Under the pieces are notes generated by a model. It saw only the letters and a list, made by a program, of their open reading frames with translations, was not told the DNA's origin and did not search any database. The position numbers were made by a program, and so were the translations under genes. A stretch of DNA of 64,000 nucleotides, taken from the NCBI GenBank assembly GCA_964016885.1, contig OZ024748.1:23126001-23190000 (forward strand), written 5' to 3'. How positions within the stretch are numbered: position 1 is the first letter of the stretch; every line of letters starts with the position of its first letter. Source of the stretch: Eledone cirrhosa. Taxonomy: Eukaryota. Shown here one piece after another: positions 31,275-44,186 of this stretch.

Positions 31275-31350
31275 TGCACTGGGGTCGATTTAATCGGCTT
31301 TCCTCTCCCCCCAAATTGCTGGCCTTTTGCCTATAGTAGAAACAATTATT
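31271..31350 (+). mobile_element. SINE 3' fragment immediately after the mucin-like array
   Basis: GTAATGCACTGGGGTCGATTTAATCG...AAATTGCTGGCCTTTTGCCTATAGTAGAAAC matches the SINE tail at 55214-55290. Confidence 0.8.
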
Positions 31351-31449
31351 ATTATTATTAGCATTCTAGCACGATTATTTCTAGTTGATTCTCTGCATCA
31401 AATAATTTAGCAGGGCTTAACTATTATGCGGATGACGTCCCTGAACGAT

Positions 31450-32005
31450 TATTTTCGCTCTGTTGTTGTCAGAGACATTGTAAATGTCACCACCAAATTA
31501 TAGTTGACATGAACATTGGTTGTGAAACAGAGATCTCCAGTATTTGTTGCTCCTGGTTGAACAAATTAGTCAGTGCAGCCATGCAACGTTCTCTGCTTGA
31601 ATGCCGGAAGAACGCCATCTTCTGGCCATTTCGGTTTAGAAACATTGAAGTTAGCCAAAAGGAATACATTAGCCTGCTTATTGAATTCTGTTAATAACTG
31701 TTCTATCTTACCGAGACCCTCCTCCGGTGTTTGTGCTACGGGCAAAGTTTTACACACATCATTACGGTGAGTTCCCTTATGAGAGAACCAATGAGGCGAA
31801 TTCCTCACGACTTGTGTATTTCCTGGCACTGCAGACAATACAATAACCTGCATGTTATATTTCTGCATCTAATGTGTTTACTATGGAATGCTGTCGGTTC
31901 TATTACAGCTATGTTGTATTGCTTCAATGAATACTTGCGGCATTTACATCTGCTACTAGCTTGTAACAAACTTACAACATTTAAAGTAGAATTGTTGGAA
32001 TGGAG
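31450..32005 (-). mobile_element. Decayed CR1-type APE endonuclease remnant
   Basis: Broken peptides DAEI*HAGYCIVCSARKYTSREEFA and NVFLLANFNVSKPKW resemble APE motifs DAEI..GY....DR...GGVA and GDFN...W. Confidence 0.5.
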
Positions 32006-32140
32006 TGAACATTCTAGATTTATTAACTGTGGCTACTTTGCATGTTGGCGGGAGTATCTCTCTCTATATATGTATGCATGTACGTATGTATGTATGTATG
32101 TATGTATGTATGTATGTATGTATGTATGTATGTATGTATG

Positions 32141-32967
32141 TTCTTCTGCTTTTATAATTTCACAAAGTTTTCCCAATAGAGAGAGAGTCGGTTTCTAACA
32201 TAGACACAAGACTCTCTCATTGGAATTTACACAACATCAACTAGGTAGATTATGTATGCGTGCATGCATGTGTAGATATGGATGTTATTGTATGTGTGGA
32301 TGTGTATGTTTTGAGTTGTATGTGTGCATGTGTATATGCTTTGTATCTGTACATGTGTATATGCAGTTATTAGATGCAACATTTTTGGAATGTTTTACAT
32401 ATTTTTACTGTTCCATTAATGGATTGTACTTGTAATTTCCTAACTAGTTGTGTTCTTTCTGTTCCTGTGAAGCCTAGCTTCTCAAGATTTGTATTGAGGC
32501 AGTTACTAACATATCCCAGTGCCCCAATAATCACAGGCATAAATCTGAAGGTGTAATCAGGGTGGAGTATCTGCAGATTTCTCATCAGTTCTGCATAAAT
32601 ATTCTCCTTTTCACTAATCTTTGATATTATATTGGCATCTGCTGGGCAGCTAACTTCCACTACTGTGCATGTTTTCTTCTCCCTGTCTCATATCATAATA
32701 TCTGGTCTGTTATGCCTGCATTTTATTGGGGTTTTTACTGGAATATTCCACCAGTACTCTTTCATATTATGTACATGGATGTCTTCCACATTGTTGTAGC
32801 TTTTAATGTGTTTACTATCGGGGCTATCTTTTTTACGAACTGCATTGTACAGTGTTTTGGCCACTACATCATGCATCATAGGTAGATAGTACCGCGATGA
32901 CATTTTTGGGCAGCTGCTGATGACATGGGTGATATCCTCGATGTTAGTTCTGCAGAGTCTGCACTTG
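32141..32967 (-). mobile_element. 5'-truncated R4/Dong-like RLE LINE (family B)
   Basis: CCHC knuckle [19 protein letters not shown], (R/M)HD motif, HNRPDIMI*D...VEVSCP...KENIY (stop at 32688-32690), ORF end at 32370 and a ~230-nt 3' UTR. (TATG)n on both flanks. Confidence 0.88.
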
Positions 32968-33116
32968 TATGTATGTATGTATGTATGTATGTATGTATGT
33001 ATGTATGTATGTATGTATGTATGTATGTATGTATGTACGTACGTATGTATGTATGTATGTAGATATGTATGTATGTATGTACGTATGTATGTATGTACGT
33101 ATGTATGTATGTTTTT

Positions 33117-33286
33117 TACCATGGGCCCAGCACTATGTGTCAGTAATTGTCACAAGTGTAGTGTTTGTACCAGAGTTTTCAAGTCGCTGGCTGGACTAAA
33201 GTCACATTCGTTCAGCGCATCGGTAGGGGTTCTCCTACATGGATATAAAGTAGTGGCCGTACTCGAAAACGAGTTGGCAGCCACTA
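33117..33286 (+). mobile_element. RTE-derived non-autonomous element (family A), 3' fragment
   Basis: HKCSVCTRVFKSLAGLKSH zinc-finger remnant, 3' hairpin and (TATG)n tail. Confidence 0.8.
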
Positions 33287-33373
33287 TGTATGTATGTATG
33301 TATGTATGTATGTATGTATGTATGTATGTATGTATGTATGTATGTATGTATGTGTGTGTGTATGCATGCATGC

Positions 33374-33406
<33 letters not shown>

Positions 33407-33614
33407 TGTATGTATGTATGTATGTATGTATGTATGTACGTGTGTGTGTGTATATGTATGTAGGTGTGTATGCGTGTATGTGTATGTATGTAGGTATGTA
33501 TGTATGTATGTATGTATGGTGGTATGCATGTATGTATATGTGTGTATGTGTGTGTGTATGTGTGTGTGTATGTGTGTGTGTGTATGTATATATGTATTGT
33601 GTGTGCTTCTTATG

Positions 33615-33855
33615 AGATTGATCAAAGTACTATAAGTTGGTGGAGGACTTCCACAGGATTGGGTAGAGGAGAGGGTGCATGCCCATGGAGGCTGGCAGCC
33701 GATGGTTCACAGCGCGTTCACTTAGCAAAACTTACGGAACTCTAGGTATTACGGGAGCAAACAGAGGCAGAGTCATAAAAAAACAAAGTGGCTGCAAAGA
33801 AGTGACCAATAGGGTCAGTTGTATATATGCAACTTGGCCAAATACTGATCAATCT
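33615..33855 (+). mobile_element. 3' end of a HERO-like RLE LINE (decayed)
   Basis: Translation SKYYKLVEDFHRIG*RRGCMPMEAGSRWFTARSLSKTYGTLGITGANRGRVIK fits the recalled HERO-clade C-terminus KY..LV.....GW...C.P.EVG.RGF...SL......LGI.G. Confidence 0.65.
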
Positions 33856-36506
33856 TAGTTGGGTCACCTGGATGACGGTGACTATGTTGTAAGACCCCAC
33901 CAAATACCAAGTAATTTCAGGACACAACACAAAGGATGTGTCCTGTAGTTGGGTCACCTGGATGACGGCGACTATGTTGTAAGACCCCTCCAAATACCAA
34001 GTAATTCCAGGACACAGCACAAAGGATGTGTCCTGTAGTTGGGTCACCTGGATGAGGGTGACTATGTTGTAAGACCCCACCAAATACCAAGTAATTCCAG
34101 GACACAGCACAAAGGATGTGTCCTGTAGTTGGGTCACCTGGATGAGGGTGACTATGTTGTAAGACCCCACCAAATACCAAGTAATTCCAGGACACAACAC
34201 GAAGGATGTGTTCTGTAGTTGGGTCACCTGGATGAGGGTGACTATGTTGTAAGACCCCACCAAATACCAAGTAATTCCAGGACACAACACAAAGGATGTG
34301 TTCTGTAGTTGGGTCACCTGGATGAGGGTGACTATGTTGTAAGACCCCACCAAATACCAAGTAATTCCAGGACACAACACAAAGGATGTGTCCTGTAGTT
34401 GGGTCACCTGGATGACGGCGACTATGTTGTAAGACCCCACCAAATACCAAGTAATTCCAGGACACAACACAAAGGATGTGTCCTGTAGTTGGGTCACCTG
34501 GATGACGGTGACTATGTTGTAAGACCCCACCAAATACCAAGTAATTCCAGGGCACAACACGAAGGATGTGTCCTGTAGTTGGGTCACCTGGATGACGGTG
34601 ACTATGTTGTCAGACCCCACCAAATACCAAGTAATTCCAGGACACAACACAAAGGATGTGTCCTGTAGTTGGGTCACCTGGATGACGGTGACTATGTTGT
34701 AAGACCCCACCAAATACCAAGTAATTCCAGGACACAACACGAAGGATGTGTTCTGTAGTTGGGTCACCTGGATGAGGGTGACTATGTTGTAAGACCCCAC
34801 CAAATACCAAGTAATTCCAGGACACAACACAAAGGATGTGTTCTGTAGTTGGGTCACCTGGATGAGGGTGACTATGTTGTAAGACCCCACCAAATACCAA
34901 GTAATTCCAGGACACAACACAAAGGATGTGTTCTGTAGTTGGGTCACCTGGATGAGGGTGACTATGTTGTAAGACCCCAGCAAATACCAAGTAATTCCAG
35001 GACACAACGCAAAGGATGTGTCCTGTAGTTGGGTCACCTGGATGAGGGTGACTATGTTGTAAGACCCCACCAAATACCAAGTAATTCCAGGACACAACAC
35101 AAAGGATGTGTCCTGTAGTTGGGTCACCTGGATGACGGCGACTATGTTGTAAGACCCCACCAAATACCAAGTAATTCCAGGACACAACACAAAGGATGTG
35201 TCCTGTAGTTGGGTCACCTGGATGACGGTGACTATGTTGTAAGACCCCACCAAATACCAAGTAATTCCAGGGCACAACACGAAGGATGTGTCCTGTAGTT
35301 GGGTCACCTGGATGACGGTGACTATGTTGTCAGACCCCACCAAATACCAAGTAATTCCAGGACACAACACAAAGGATGTGTCCTGTAGTTGGGTCACCTG
35401 GATGACGGTGACTATGTTGTAAGACCCCACCAAATACCAAGTAATTCCAGGACACAACACGAAGGATGTGTTCTGTAGTTGGGTCACCTGGATGAGGGTG
35501 ACTATGTTGTAAGACCCCACCAAATACCAAGTAATTCCAGGACACAACACAAAGGATGTGTTCTGTAGTTGGGTCACCTGGATGAGGGTGACTATGTTGT
35601 AAGACCCCACCAAATACCAAGTAATTCCAGGACACAACACAAAGGATGTGTTCTGTAGTTGGGTCACCTGGATGAGGGTGACTATGTTGTAAGACCCCAG
35701 CAAATACCAAGTAATTCCAGGACACAACACAAAGGATGTGTCCTGTAGTTGGGTCACCTGGATGAGGGTGACTATGTTGTAAGACCCCACCAAATACCAA
35801 GTAATTCCAGGACACAACACAAAGGATGTGTTCTGTAGTTGGGTCACCTGGATGAGGGTGACTATGTTGTAAGACCCTTCCAAATACCAAGTAATTCCAG
35901 GACACAACACAAAGGATGTGTTCTGTAGTTGGGTCACCTGGATGAGGGTGACTATGTTGTAAGACCCTTCCAAATACCAAGTAATTCCAGGACACAACAC
36001 AAAGGATGTGTTCTGTAGTTGGGTCACCTGGATGAGGGTGACTATGTTGTAAGACCCCACCAAATACCAAGTAATTCCAGGACACAACACAAAGGATGTG
36101 TCCTGTAGTTGGGTCACCTGGATGAGGGTGACTATGTTGTAAGACCCCACCAAATACCAAGTAATTCCAGGACACAACACAAAGGATGTGTTCTGTAGTT
36201 GGGTCACCTGGATGAGGGTGACTATGTTGTAAGACCCTTCCAAATACCAAGTAATTCCAGGACACAACACAAAGGATGTGTCCTGTAGTTGGGTCACCTG
36301 GATGAGGGTGACTATGTTGTAAGACCCCACCAAATACCAAGTAATTCCAGGACACAACACAAAGGATGTGTTCTGTAGTTGGGTCACCTGGATGAGGGTG
36401 ACTATGTTGTAAGACCCTTCCAAATACCAAGTAATTCCAGGACACAACACAAAGGATGTGTCCTGTAGTTGGGTCACCTGGATGACGGTGACTATGTTGT
36501 AAGACC
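33856..36506 (+). repeat. 90-bp minisatellite, ~29.5 copies
   Basis: Unit TAGTTGGGTCACCTGGATGAGGGTGACTATGTTGTAAGACCCCACCAAATACCAAGTAATTCCAGGACACAACACAAAGGATGTGTCCTG; no indels seen; contains a 720-bp higher-order duplication. Confidence 0.98.
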
Positions 36507-36870
36507 AGAAACACCCAGTGATTCCAGCTTACAACACTGATGATGTGTTCAATGTTTTACCTCCGCTGATATATGAAGAGCAGTAACTGGATAATATTTG
36601 ATTGATAGACAGGCACAACGTCACCGTGATTCTCAACCGAAAATATGTAGTATAGTTCCAGTATTTTACCTAGAGAATCTCAATATAATGTCGCAATATT
36701 AAATATCGTACCATAAAGGTTAAACGGATTTTTGCCTTTTTTTTTTTTATCAGCGCCATAACAGAGGGAGAATTGTGCATCTGTTCCTTATACTGCATGT
36801 GTGTTTCCCTCTAATGATTGAACTAATTCTTAGAGTCAAATTATTCCATATAGAATAAAAAGATACCTAC

Positions 36871-36905
<35 letters not shown>

Positions 36906-36917
36906 GTTCTCCCCCCC

Positions 36918-36999
<82 letters not shown>

Positions 37000-37233
37000 T
37001 ATATATTTTAAATATCACTTACTTAACGTGTTTAAAACCTTACAGAAAAGTGCTCGAAAATGTGAATTTATCATTAAAACGCAAATAGGAACTATCATAA
37101 CCATAATAAATATTTCTCAAGTACAGTGAGAGTATATTTTCGTGCAAAGTCTAACAAATTGCTCCAGAAATCTTATGCATAATCAGGATACCTGAAATTT
37201 AATGCTATAATATAATGTAAAAAAAAATGAAAG

Positions 37234-37326
<93 letters not shown>

Positions 37327-38384
37327 TAAAATAAAAATTTGTATGTATATGTTTATATATTCATATAAATGTGTGCGAGTGACTGTTTTGGGGTGTATAT
37401 TCGTATATTCGTATATTCGTATATTCGTATATATTCTTTTTTTTTCCCCGGACAAGAATCCATGTTTTTTACAGACATTTGTACAAAAAGAAATACACAC
37501 ACGCGTGTGTGTGTGAGTTTGTATATATATATATATGTATGTATGTATATGTATATATATGTATGTATATATATGTGTGTGTCTGTGTGTCTGTGTGTTA
37601 GTCGTTAGCGTTCACCGGAACTGGATTATAAGATAATCAACCGGAATGCTGCCATTTCAAATGAGCTTTTCACGTATAAAATTGTACGTGATATTTTTTT
37701 TTACATTATATCTTATGGTATTTTATTTGATGTAACTTGATAATATATTCAGGTTTATTAAGTTCTTTGGTAGACTTTGCACAAAAGTTTACTCCCGTTG
37801 TGTATTAGAAATATTTATTATTATTATGATAGCTTTCTAATATTAACCTCGGGTTGTTGAGCACGTTGCTGTATTGTTTTACACAAAAAGACCTTACTTG
37901 AAATCAAGAAATTTCGGCAGTATATTCAGAGCTGTTGTTCCAATTTATGAAATTTAGGGTTAGGGATGAATGAGATGTGAATCTCTGAGATCGAGGAATA
38001 TTCGACCTCAGGAGAAGGGAAACTGGCATACAGGCTTGTGCCTCGGAGGGGAAGTTTCTAGGCAAAATCCATGGTAATTCATGACCGAAAGGTGTCTTTG
38101 CCTTTAGCTAGTATTATACTGAAATTGATTCCATCAGCTGTATTCTCTTTGTCACGAGAAATCGAATATGTAGCGACATTAAATACCATATGTTATTGAA
38201 CTTCGATTAGAGTTGATTTGTTAATTAACAGCTTTCTGCCTATCGATATAGTAAATACAAATCACCTAATTATTGTATTGTTATAAAGCTGTTGTGAAAT
38301 ATAGTAGATATGATTAACCGAATTCTTGTTAAACAATTGATTATTACATATAGAGATATAATTAACCAATTTTTATTTTAGATA

Positions 38385-38694
38385 TAAGAAAAACCAACAA
38401 AGAAAAAGAACACGGGAGAACCATACAATGCAATGATACTGTGTTAGGTTAACGCTTGATATGATTGAAAAAGAGTCTTAACGTTTCGGGCATCAGTCCT
38501 TCATCGGAAGATAGAATGAAAGAGAGAAAAGTGGATGTTTGAAGGGAGAGAGAAGCAGAAAAAGGAAGATAGACGAAAATAAAAAAGGAAACAAAGAAAA
38601 CGATGGATGGGGAAGTAAGCATGTGTTGTTTATTTAGGATTTGAGTAAGAAAGGAAGGAAGCAGTATAGAAACTAGTAGATAAATCAATGAAAA

Positions 38695-38700
<6 letters not shown>
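38385..38700 (-). mobile_element. Penelope-like remnant with a degenerate hammerhead
   Basis: Minus strand CCGATGAAGG-ACTGATG-CCC-GAAACGTTAAG at ~38477-38508; adjacent to (TA)n; related to 1592-1872. Confidence 0.5.
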
Positions 38701-38726
<26 letters not shown>

Positions 38727-39799
38727 GAGGACAAATTATAGAGACGACTATCAGAGATAATATGAGAAATTTGAACAAAAAGAAAAAAATATTTAAATAT
38801 GTGAAGTAGTAAAATCGGACAAAATATAATTGTTAAGATCTGCTAAAATTCATGTACATCAGCCACAATGCAAAGACATTTCAAAATTACAGCCGCACGA
38901 CATGATACTGCGGAAGTCTAACAATATAGGTTTGTCAGAACTGACCCGAATTCATATTCATGTCTGCCAAAGGCGCAATTTTATTGCTCTTGAATGTTGA
39001 ATGTATAACATAACACATTTTCACACAAAACTACAAACCAAAGATGTCAACTAAAGGTACAATACAATACTGTTACTTTCTCCGTATCTTAACTTATAAG
39101 GTACAATACACTAATACTCAACATACTTGACCTACGTCATGAGATGTTCAACGATCGGCAGCCATCTTGTGATTTCGTCTAAAATAATTGAGATTGTCGG
39201 ATATTGGAAAAGAAAATTATAATTGGATTAATTTAAGCTGTCAATTTCTTAAAAATAGAATGAAACCCAATCATCATTTACCAAACTTTTGACGCTTATT
39301 GTCAGGAATTTGTTTCTTTTTTTTTAAATCTCAAATATATCTTCGAAGCAACACTGTGAATAACAATAAGAAATTGTTAACAGGTTATTAATCCGCACCC
39401 CATTTTTGAAGGCTACAATAATAATTTGAAATATAAAAAATATAGAAATGCTAACGTTCAATCTGAGTAGGAAGATTTTATGTTTCTGCTTTGTAAAGAA
39501 AGGAATATTCAATGAGAAGATCACATTATTTCCAGTTGTGCAAGGGTTATCAATTAAAATGGCGTCTTAACAAATGTCATGAGCTCTCAGAATGACGTTT
39601 ATAGAGACAGGAAATGTCACACATTAATGCGGTTGGATTTTTCTTATATTTCAATATGATATTTGTGTATGCATGCATGTATATGGTTGTGTATGTATGT
39701 ATGTATGTATGTATGTATGTATGTATGTATGTATGTATGTATGTATGTATGTATGTATGTATGTATGTATGTATGTGTATATGTGTGTGTGTGTGTGTT

Positions 39800-39830
<31 letters not shown>

Positions 39831-40148
39831 AAGGACTAGTGGTTTTTGCAACAGTAACAATGGAACTGAACAGATTCTATGCTAATATTGTATAATTTTC
39901 TCTTCTTCCCACGCGTTCTCTTTAACTCCCCCTCTTTCCTTACATATATATATATATGTGTATGTGTGTGTTCCTGTCTCTGCGTGTGTATGCATGTGTA
40001 TGTATATATATATGTATATATATATATATATGTATTCCTGTATGTATATACACACACACCCACACACACACAAACACACATATATACATACACACATGCA
40101 TACGCATACCCACAGGACATGCATACACACACATACAAGAAGAGATGG

Positions 40149-40198
<50 letters not shown>

Positions 40199-40504
40199 CT
40201 CTTCTTCTCTCAATATGCCTCCTCTTGAGCCCGATGGCCTTACCTGGCCCTACGTCATACTATAGGTCAATCTGTCGTATCCTATAGTATTGACAATCAT
40301 GCTTGGTTGGGCACAACATTTGTTACACATTTATATGAGGAAGATGAGTATTGACGTACGTGTACGTCAATACTCATCTTTCTCCATTTCTCCGAGGGTT
40401 CTTAACCCCACTATCAGGCTAAATAATTTCTTTAATTTCTTTAGTCAAAATACGGCGATAGCTTACATTTCTAATAGTAATATATATATATATATGAACA
40501 AAAA

Positions 40505-40805
40505 AAAATGGCGTAGACATACAACACAACAGGAGGAACAATGAATATAACACCACTGACGATGTTGCAGATGTGCAACGAAAGATTTATGTAAATTATG
40601 TAAACTATATATATGTGTTTGTGTCTATATTGTATCTGTATTATTTTAGACCGCCGGTCAGTCAATGGCAACATTGAGGACCGAGTAAGTTAGATCGCAG
40701 ATATATATATATAAAAGACAGCGAGAAGCGAAAACCAACCAAACAGTGAGTGTGTTCTGTTATTAATTCTGGCAATATTACGCAAATATGACCCTCCCCA
40801 AATAT

Positions 40806-40812
<7 letters not shown>
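40505..40812 (+). mobile_element. Solo copy of the element that forms the 58.4-59.2-kb palindrome
   Basis: Near-identical to 58935-59229, flanked by (TA)n, and contains CTGACGA-T-GTTGCA-GATG-TGCAAC-GAAA. Confidence 0.8.
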
Positions 40813-40841
<29 letters not shown>

Positions 40842-40906
40842 GTAGGTCCCGGGTTGAGTCGGGGATAGCCACAGTAAGTAAGGTACTCAATACATGGCAG
40901 AGTAAA

Positions 40907-41043
40907 TTTTTTTTATTTTATAGAAGGAGCTTCTACAGGACTAGTACTGTTTCATTCAGATGAAATCTTCAGGCGCTTCCTGAAGATTTCATCTGAATGA
41001 AACAGTACTAGTCCTGTAGAAGCTCCTTCTATAAAATAAAAAA

Positions 41044-41044
<1 letters not shown>
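40907..41044. repeat. Perfect inverted repeat (~67-bp arms, loop CGCTT) with a hammerhead-like core in each arm
   Basis: CTGAAGA-TTTCA-TC-TGAAT-GAAA-C-AGTACTA-GTC on both strands; abuts (TA)n. Confidence 0.85.
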
Positions 41045-41131
<87 letters not shown>

Positions 41132-41189
41132 GATAATAGGAAAAGAGTATTTATATATATATATATATAAATACTCTTTCCCTATTACC

Positions 41190-41494
<305 letters not shown>

Positions 41495-41623
41495 AAAATT
41501 CTATTTAAAATTGTTGGGATACAACAAGTAAATATTTTTATAACTGATATAAAGCACTCGACAAGTATTTGGAGTAGATATACGATATTAATAAATGGAA
41601 ACTATATTTATAAAACCATATTT

Positions 41624-41686
41624 ATTTCATTATACATATTTCAGGGATACCAAATTAAATTATGGTATGCCTTCATCAGACAAAAT
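41624..41686 (-). ncRNA. Type I minimal hammerhead ribozyme candidate
   Basis: ATTTTGT-CTGATGA-AGGCATACCA-loop-TGGTATCCCT-GAAA-TATGT-ATA-ATGAAAT: intact core with pairable stems I, II and a short stem III. Confidence 0.65.
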
Positions 41687-42143
41687 ACAATATATAACAG
41701 TTTTACAAATAAGCTTTGACGTACCCTTTTAAAATGCAACCATTATTTTTGGAAGCCATCTGGATAGTGAGTTGTTTATATTATTTTAATAAGTCATAGT
41801 GTTAAGGACAATTAGAAAAATATCTGTTGTAATTAGAATTCAAAAGTTTAGACTTGTAACGTATTGTCTGGCGATGAATCTCCCTGACAACTACATAAAT
41901 GTTTGTGGAATGCTCAGCCACTTTCACGTTACTTTCACAAGCAGCTGGAACCCTCGTTCTCACAGATGGAGATCTAACGTGCACGCGTATTCGTGTGTCT
42001 GTGTATGCATGTGAGTCTATCAGATAGTGTCTGATTCTGCGCAGTCGTATCGAACTGCATCTATATCACATTGTCATTGTTCGGTCTGTATGAATTGCAT
42101 CTGCGCAGTTGTGTGTGAGTAAATAATCAAAGTATGTGTGTGC

Positions 42144-42181
<38 letters not shown>

Positions 42182-42277
42182 GCATGTGTATATGAAGTCG
42201 GTATTTTAAATTTTAATTAAACATTAACGTTTACTTCTGTTAAATTTATTACATTTTAATACGATGTAGATAAATGA

Positions 42278-42319
<42 letters not shown>

Positions 42320-42340
42320 ACACAGACACACACACACACG

Positions 42341-42392
<52 letters not shown>

Positions 42393-42476
42393 TATATATA
42401 TATACACACACACACACACTTATATACATATATATACATATATATTTTAAATTTTACTACGATGTACATAGATGGG

Positions 42477-42597
<121 letters not shown>

Positions 42598-42808
42598 ATA
42601 TATATATAGAGAGAGAGATTACCATTTTAACAACAGCTAACTCTACATCTTGATAAGCTACGTGGAGGACGAATGTGCCACATTCAAACAATAAACAGTC
42701 TTTTATTATCATATTTATATTTTTATCCAAGTGATAAAGACTGTTTTATTACTTCTTCTGACAATTATACGTCATTACGTCATTAATATATATGTATATA
42801 TATATATA

Positions 42809-42911
<103 letters not shown>

Positions 42912-43104
42912 TATAATAAATACCTATGCTACCAGGCAGAGTATATTAGAAGAATTAAGGTAAATTTAATTACAGTTTTGATTAAAAAAAAATGTAATTA
43001 TATCTACATTAAATTTACTTTAAAATTTCATTCATACATACATACATACATTCATTCATATATACTCACTCACTCTTACACACATATATATATATACATA
43101 CATG

Positions 43105-43149
<45 letters not shown>

Positions 43150-44186
43150 GCGTGTATATATATATATGCTGAGAAAGTGAGAGAGAGGGGGTGTGGGCGA
43201 GGGAGACCTACACACATATGCACCAACACGTATACATGTGTGGTACACACAAAGACTCAGATAACATTGTTCTTTAATATCCAAATGAAGTGTTTCCAAT
43301 CCATTTGAATGCCACATTATAAATTCTTGTATGACGAAATTCTGCAATACGTTCTATGGTTTCCAGTTTTAGTTAATGGAAAATAATGCAGAAAGACAAA
43401 CGGTTGCGGTGAGGTAGGAGTGGACAGTTCTTCCCAAACAGACAACTATTTAGAGACAGAAGGCTGGCTCATTTTATTGCTTCTCTGTCGATTAGAAGAA
43501 CCATTAGCGCGTCGGACAAAATGTTTTCTAGCATTTAAGTTACGACTCTTTATTTTCTAAGTTCAAATCACGCTGTGGTCAACTTTCAATCTTCCTAGGT
43601 TGGTTGATACAATCGATATTTTTTCCCTTTCCCTCAGATGCCTTGTACTAAAGTTAGAAAGAATTGTTTTGTTTTGTTTTGCTGTTGTTGCAGCTGCAAC
43701 ATGGTTGGCTGTTTAAGTATTTTAAATATCTTCACAATGATTAGGTATAGGATTCAAACCCATTACCTCCCATCTTGGACAAGTGTCATTTACCATAGTT
43801 TTGGGTCGACCCCTTGCGAGTGGAACTGTTTGGAATCTCGTCGGAGGGGATGTACCAATAATGCAAAGGGCCAGCCTTGTAACTTACATAATTATGATGA
43901 ATATCTCTGAAAATTACGTTAGTGATAAACATGTGTCTGTGGAATGCTCAGCCACTTACATGGTAATTTCTTGAGCAGGCTGTTCCGTTGATTGAACAAC
44001 TGGAACACTCATCGTCGACACTGTAGGAGGTCCATTCCATTCTAACATTAATGAAACTTAATGCCGAAAGAATGGCGGTGGTGATGATGGTGTGCGTGTG
44101 TGTGTGTGTGTGGGGGGGGGGGGGGGTAAGGGGACAGTTCTACAACAAAAAGACAACTAGGAGTCGGGGTCCATTTTATTGTCATT

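Noticed and set aside
14705-31279. 5,524-aa Val/Gly ORF as a membrane protein
   Set aside because: Starts at a GTG inside a SINE and is the expected antisense shadow of an ACA/CCA-rich repeat.
33742-36477. 911-aa minus-strand repeat ORF (30-aa unit)
   Set aside because: No ATG start, antisense to the parent LINE, and openness follows from a stop-free 90-bp unit. Not called as a gene.
33856-36506. CRISPR-like array
   Set aside because: Units are wholly repeated with no unique spacers, there are no cas genes, and the context is eukaryotic. The same applies to the 54-bp array.
37952-37965. TTAGGG telomeric repeat
   Set aside because: Only two units, consistent with chance.
38832-39570. TTAA-flanked DNA transposon
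   Set aside because: Terminal inverted match is too short to support.
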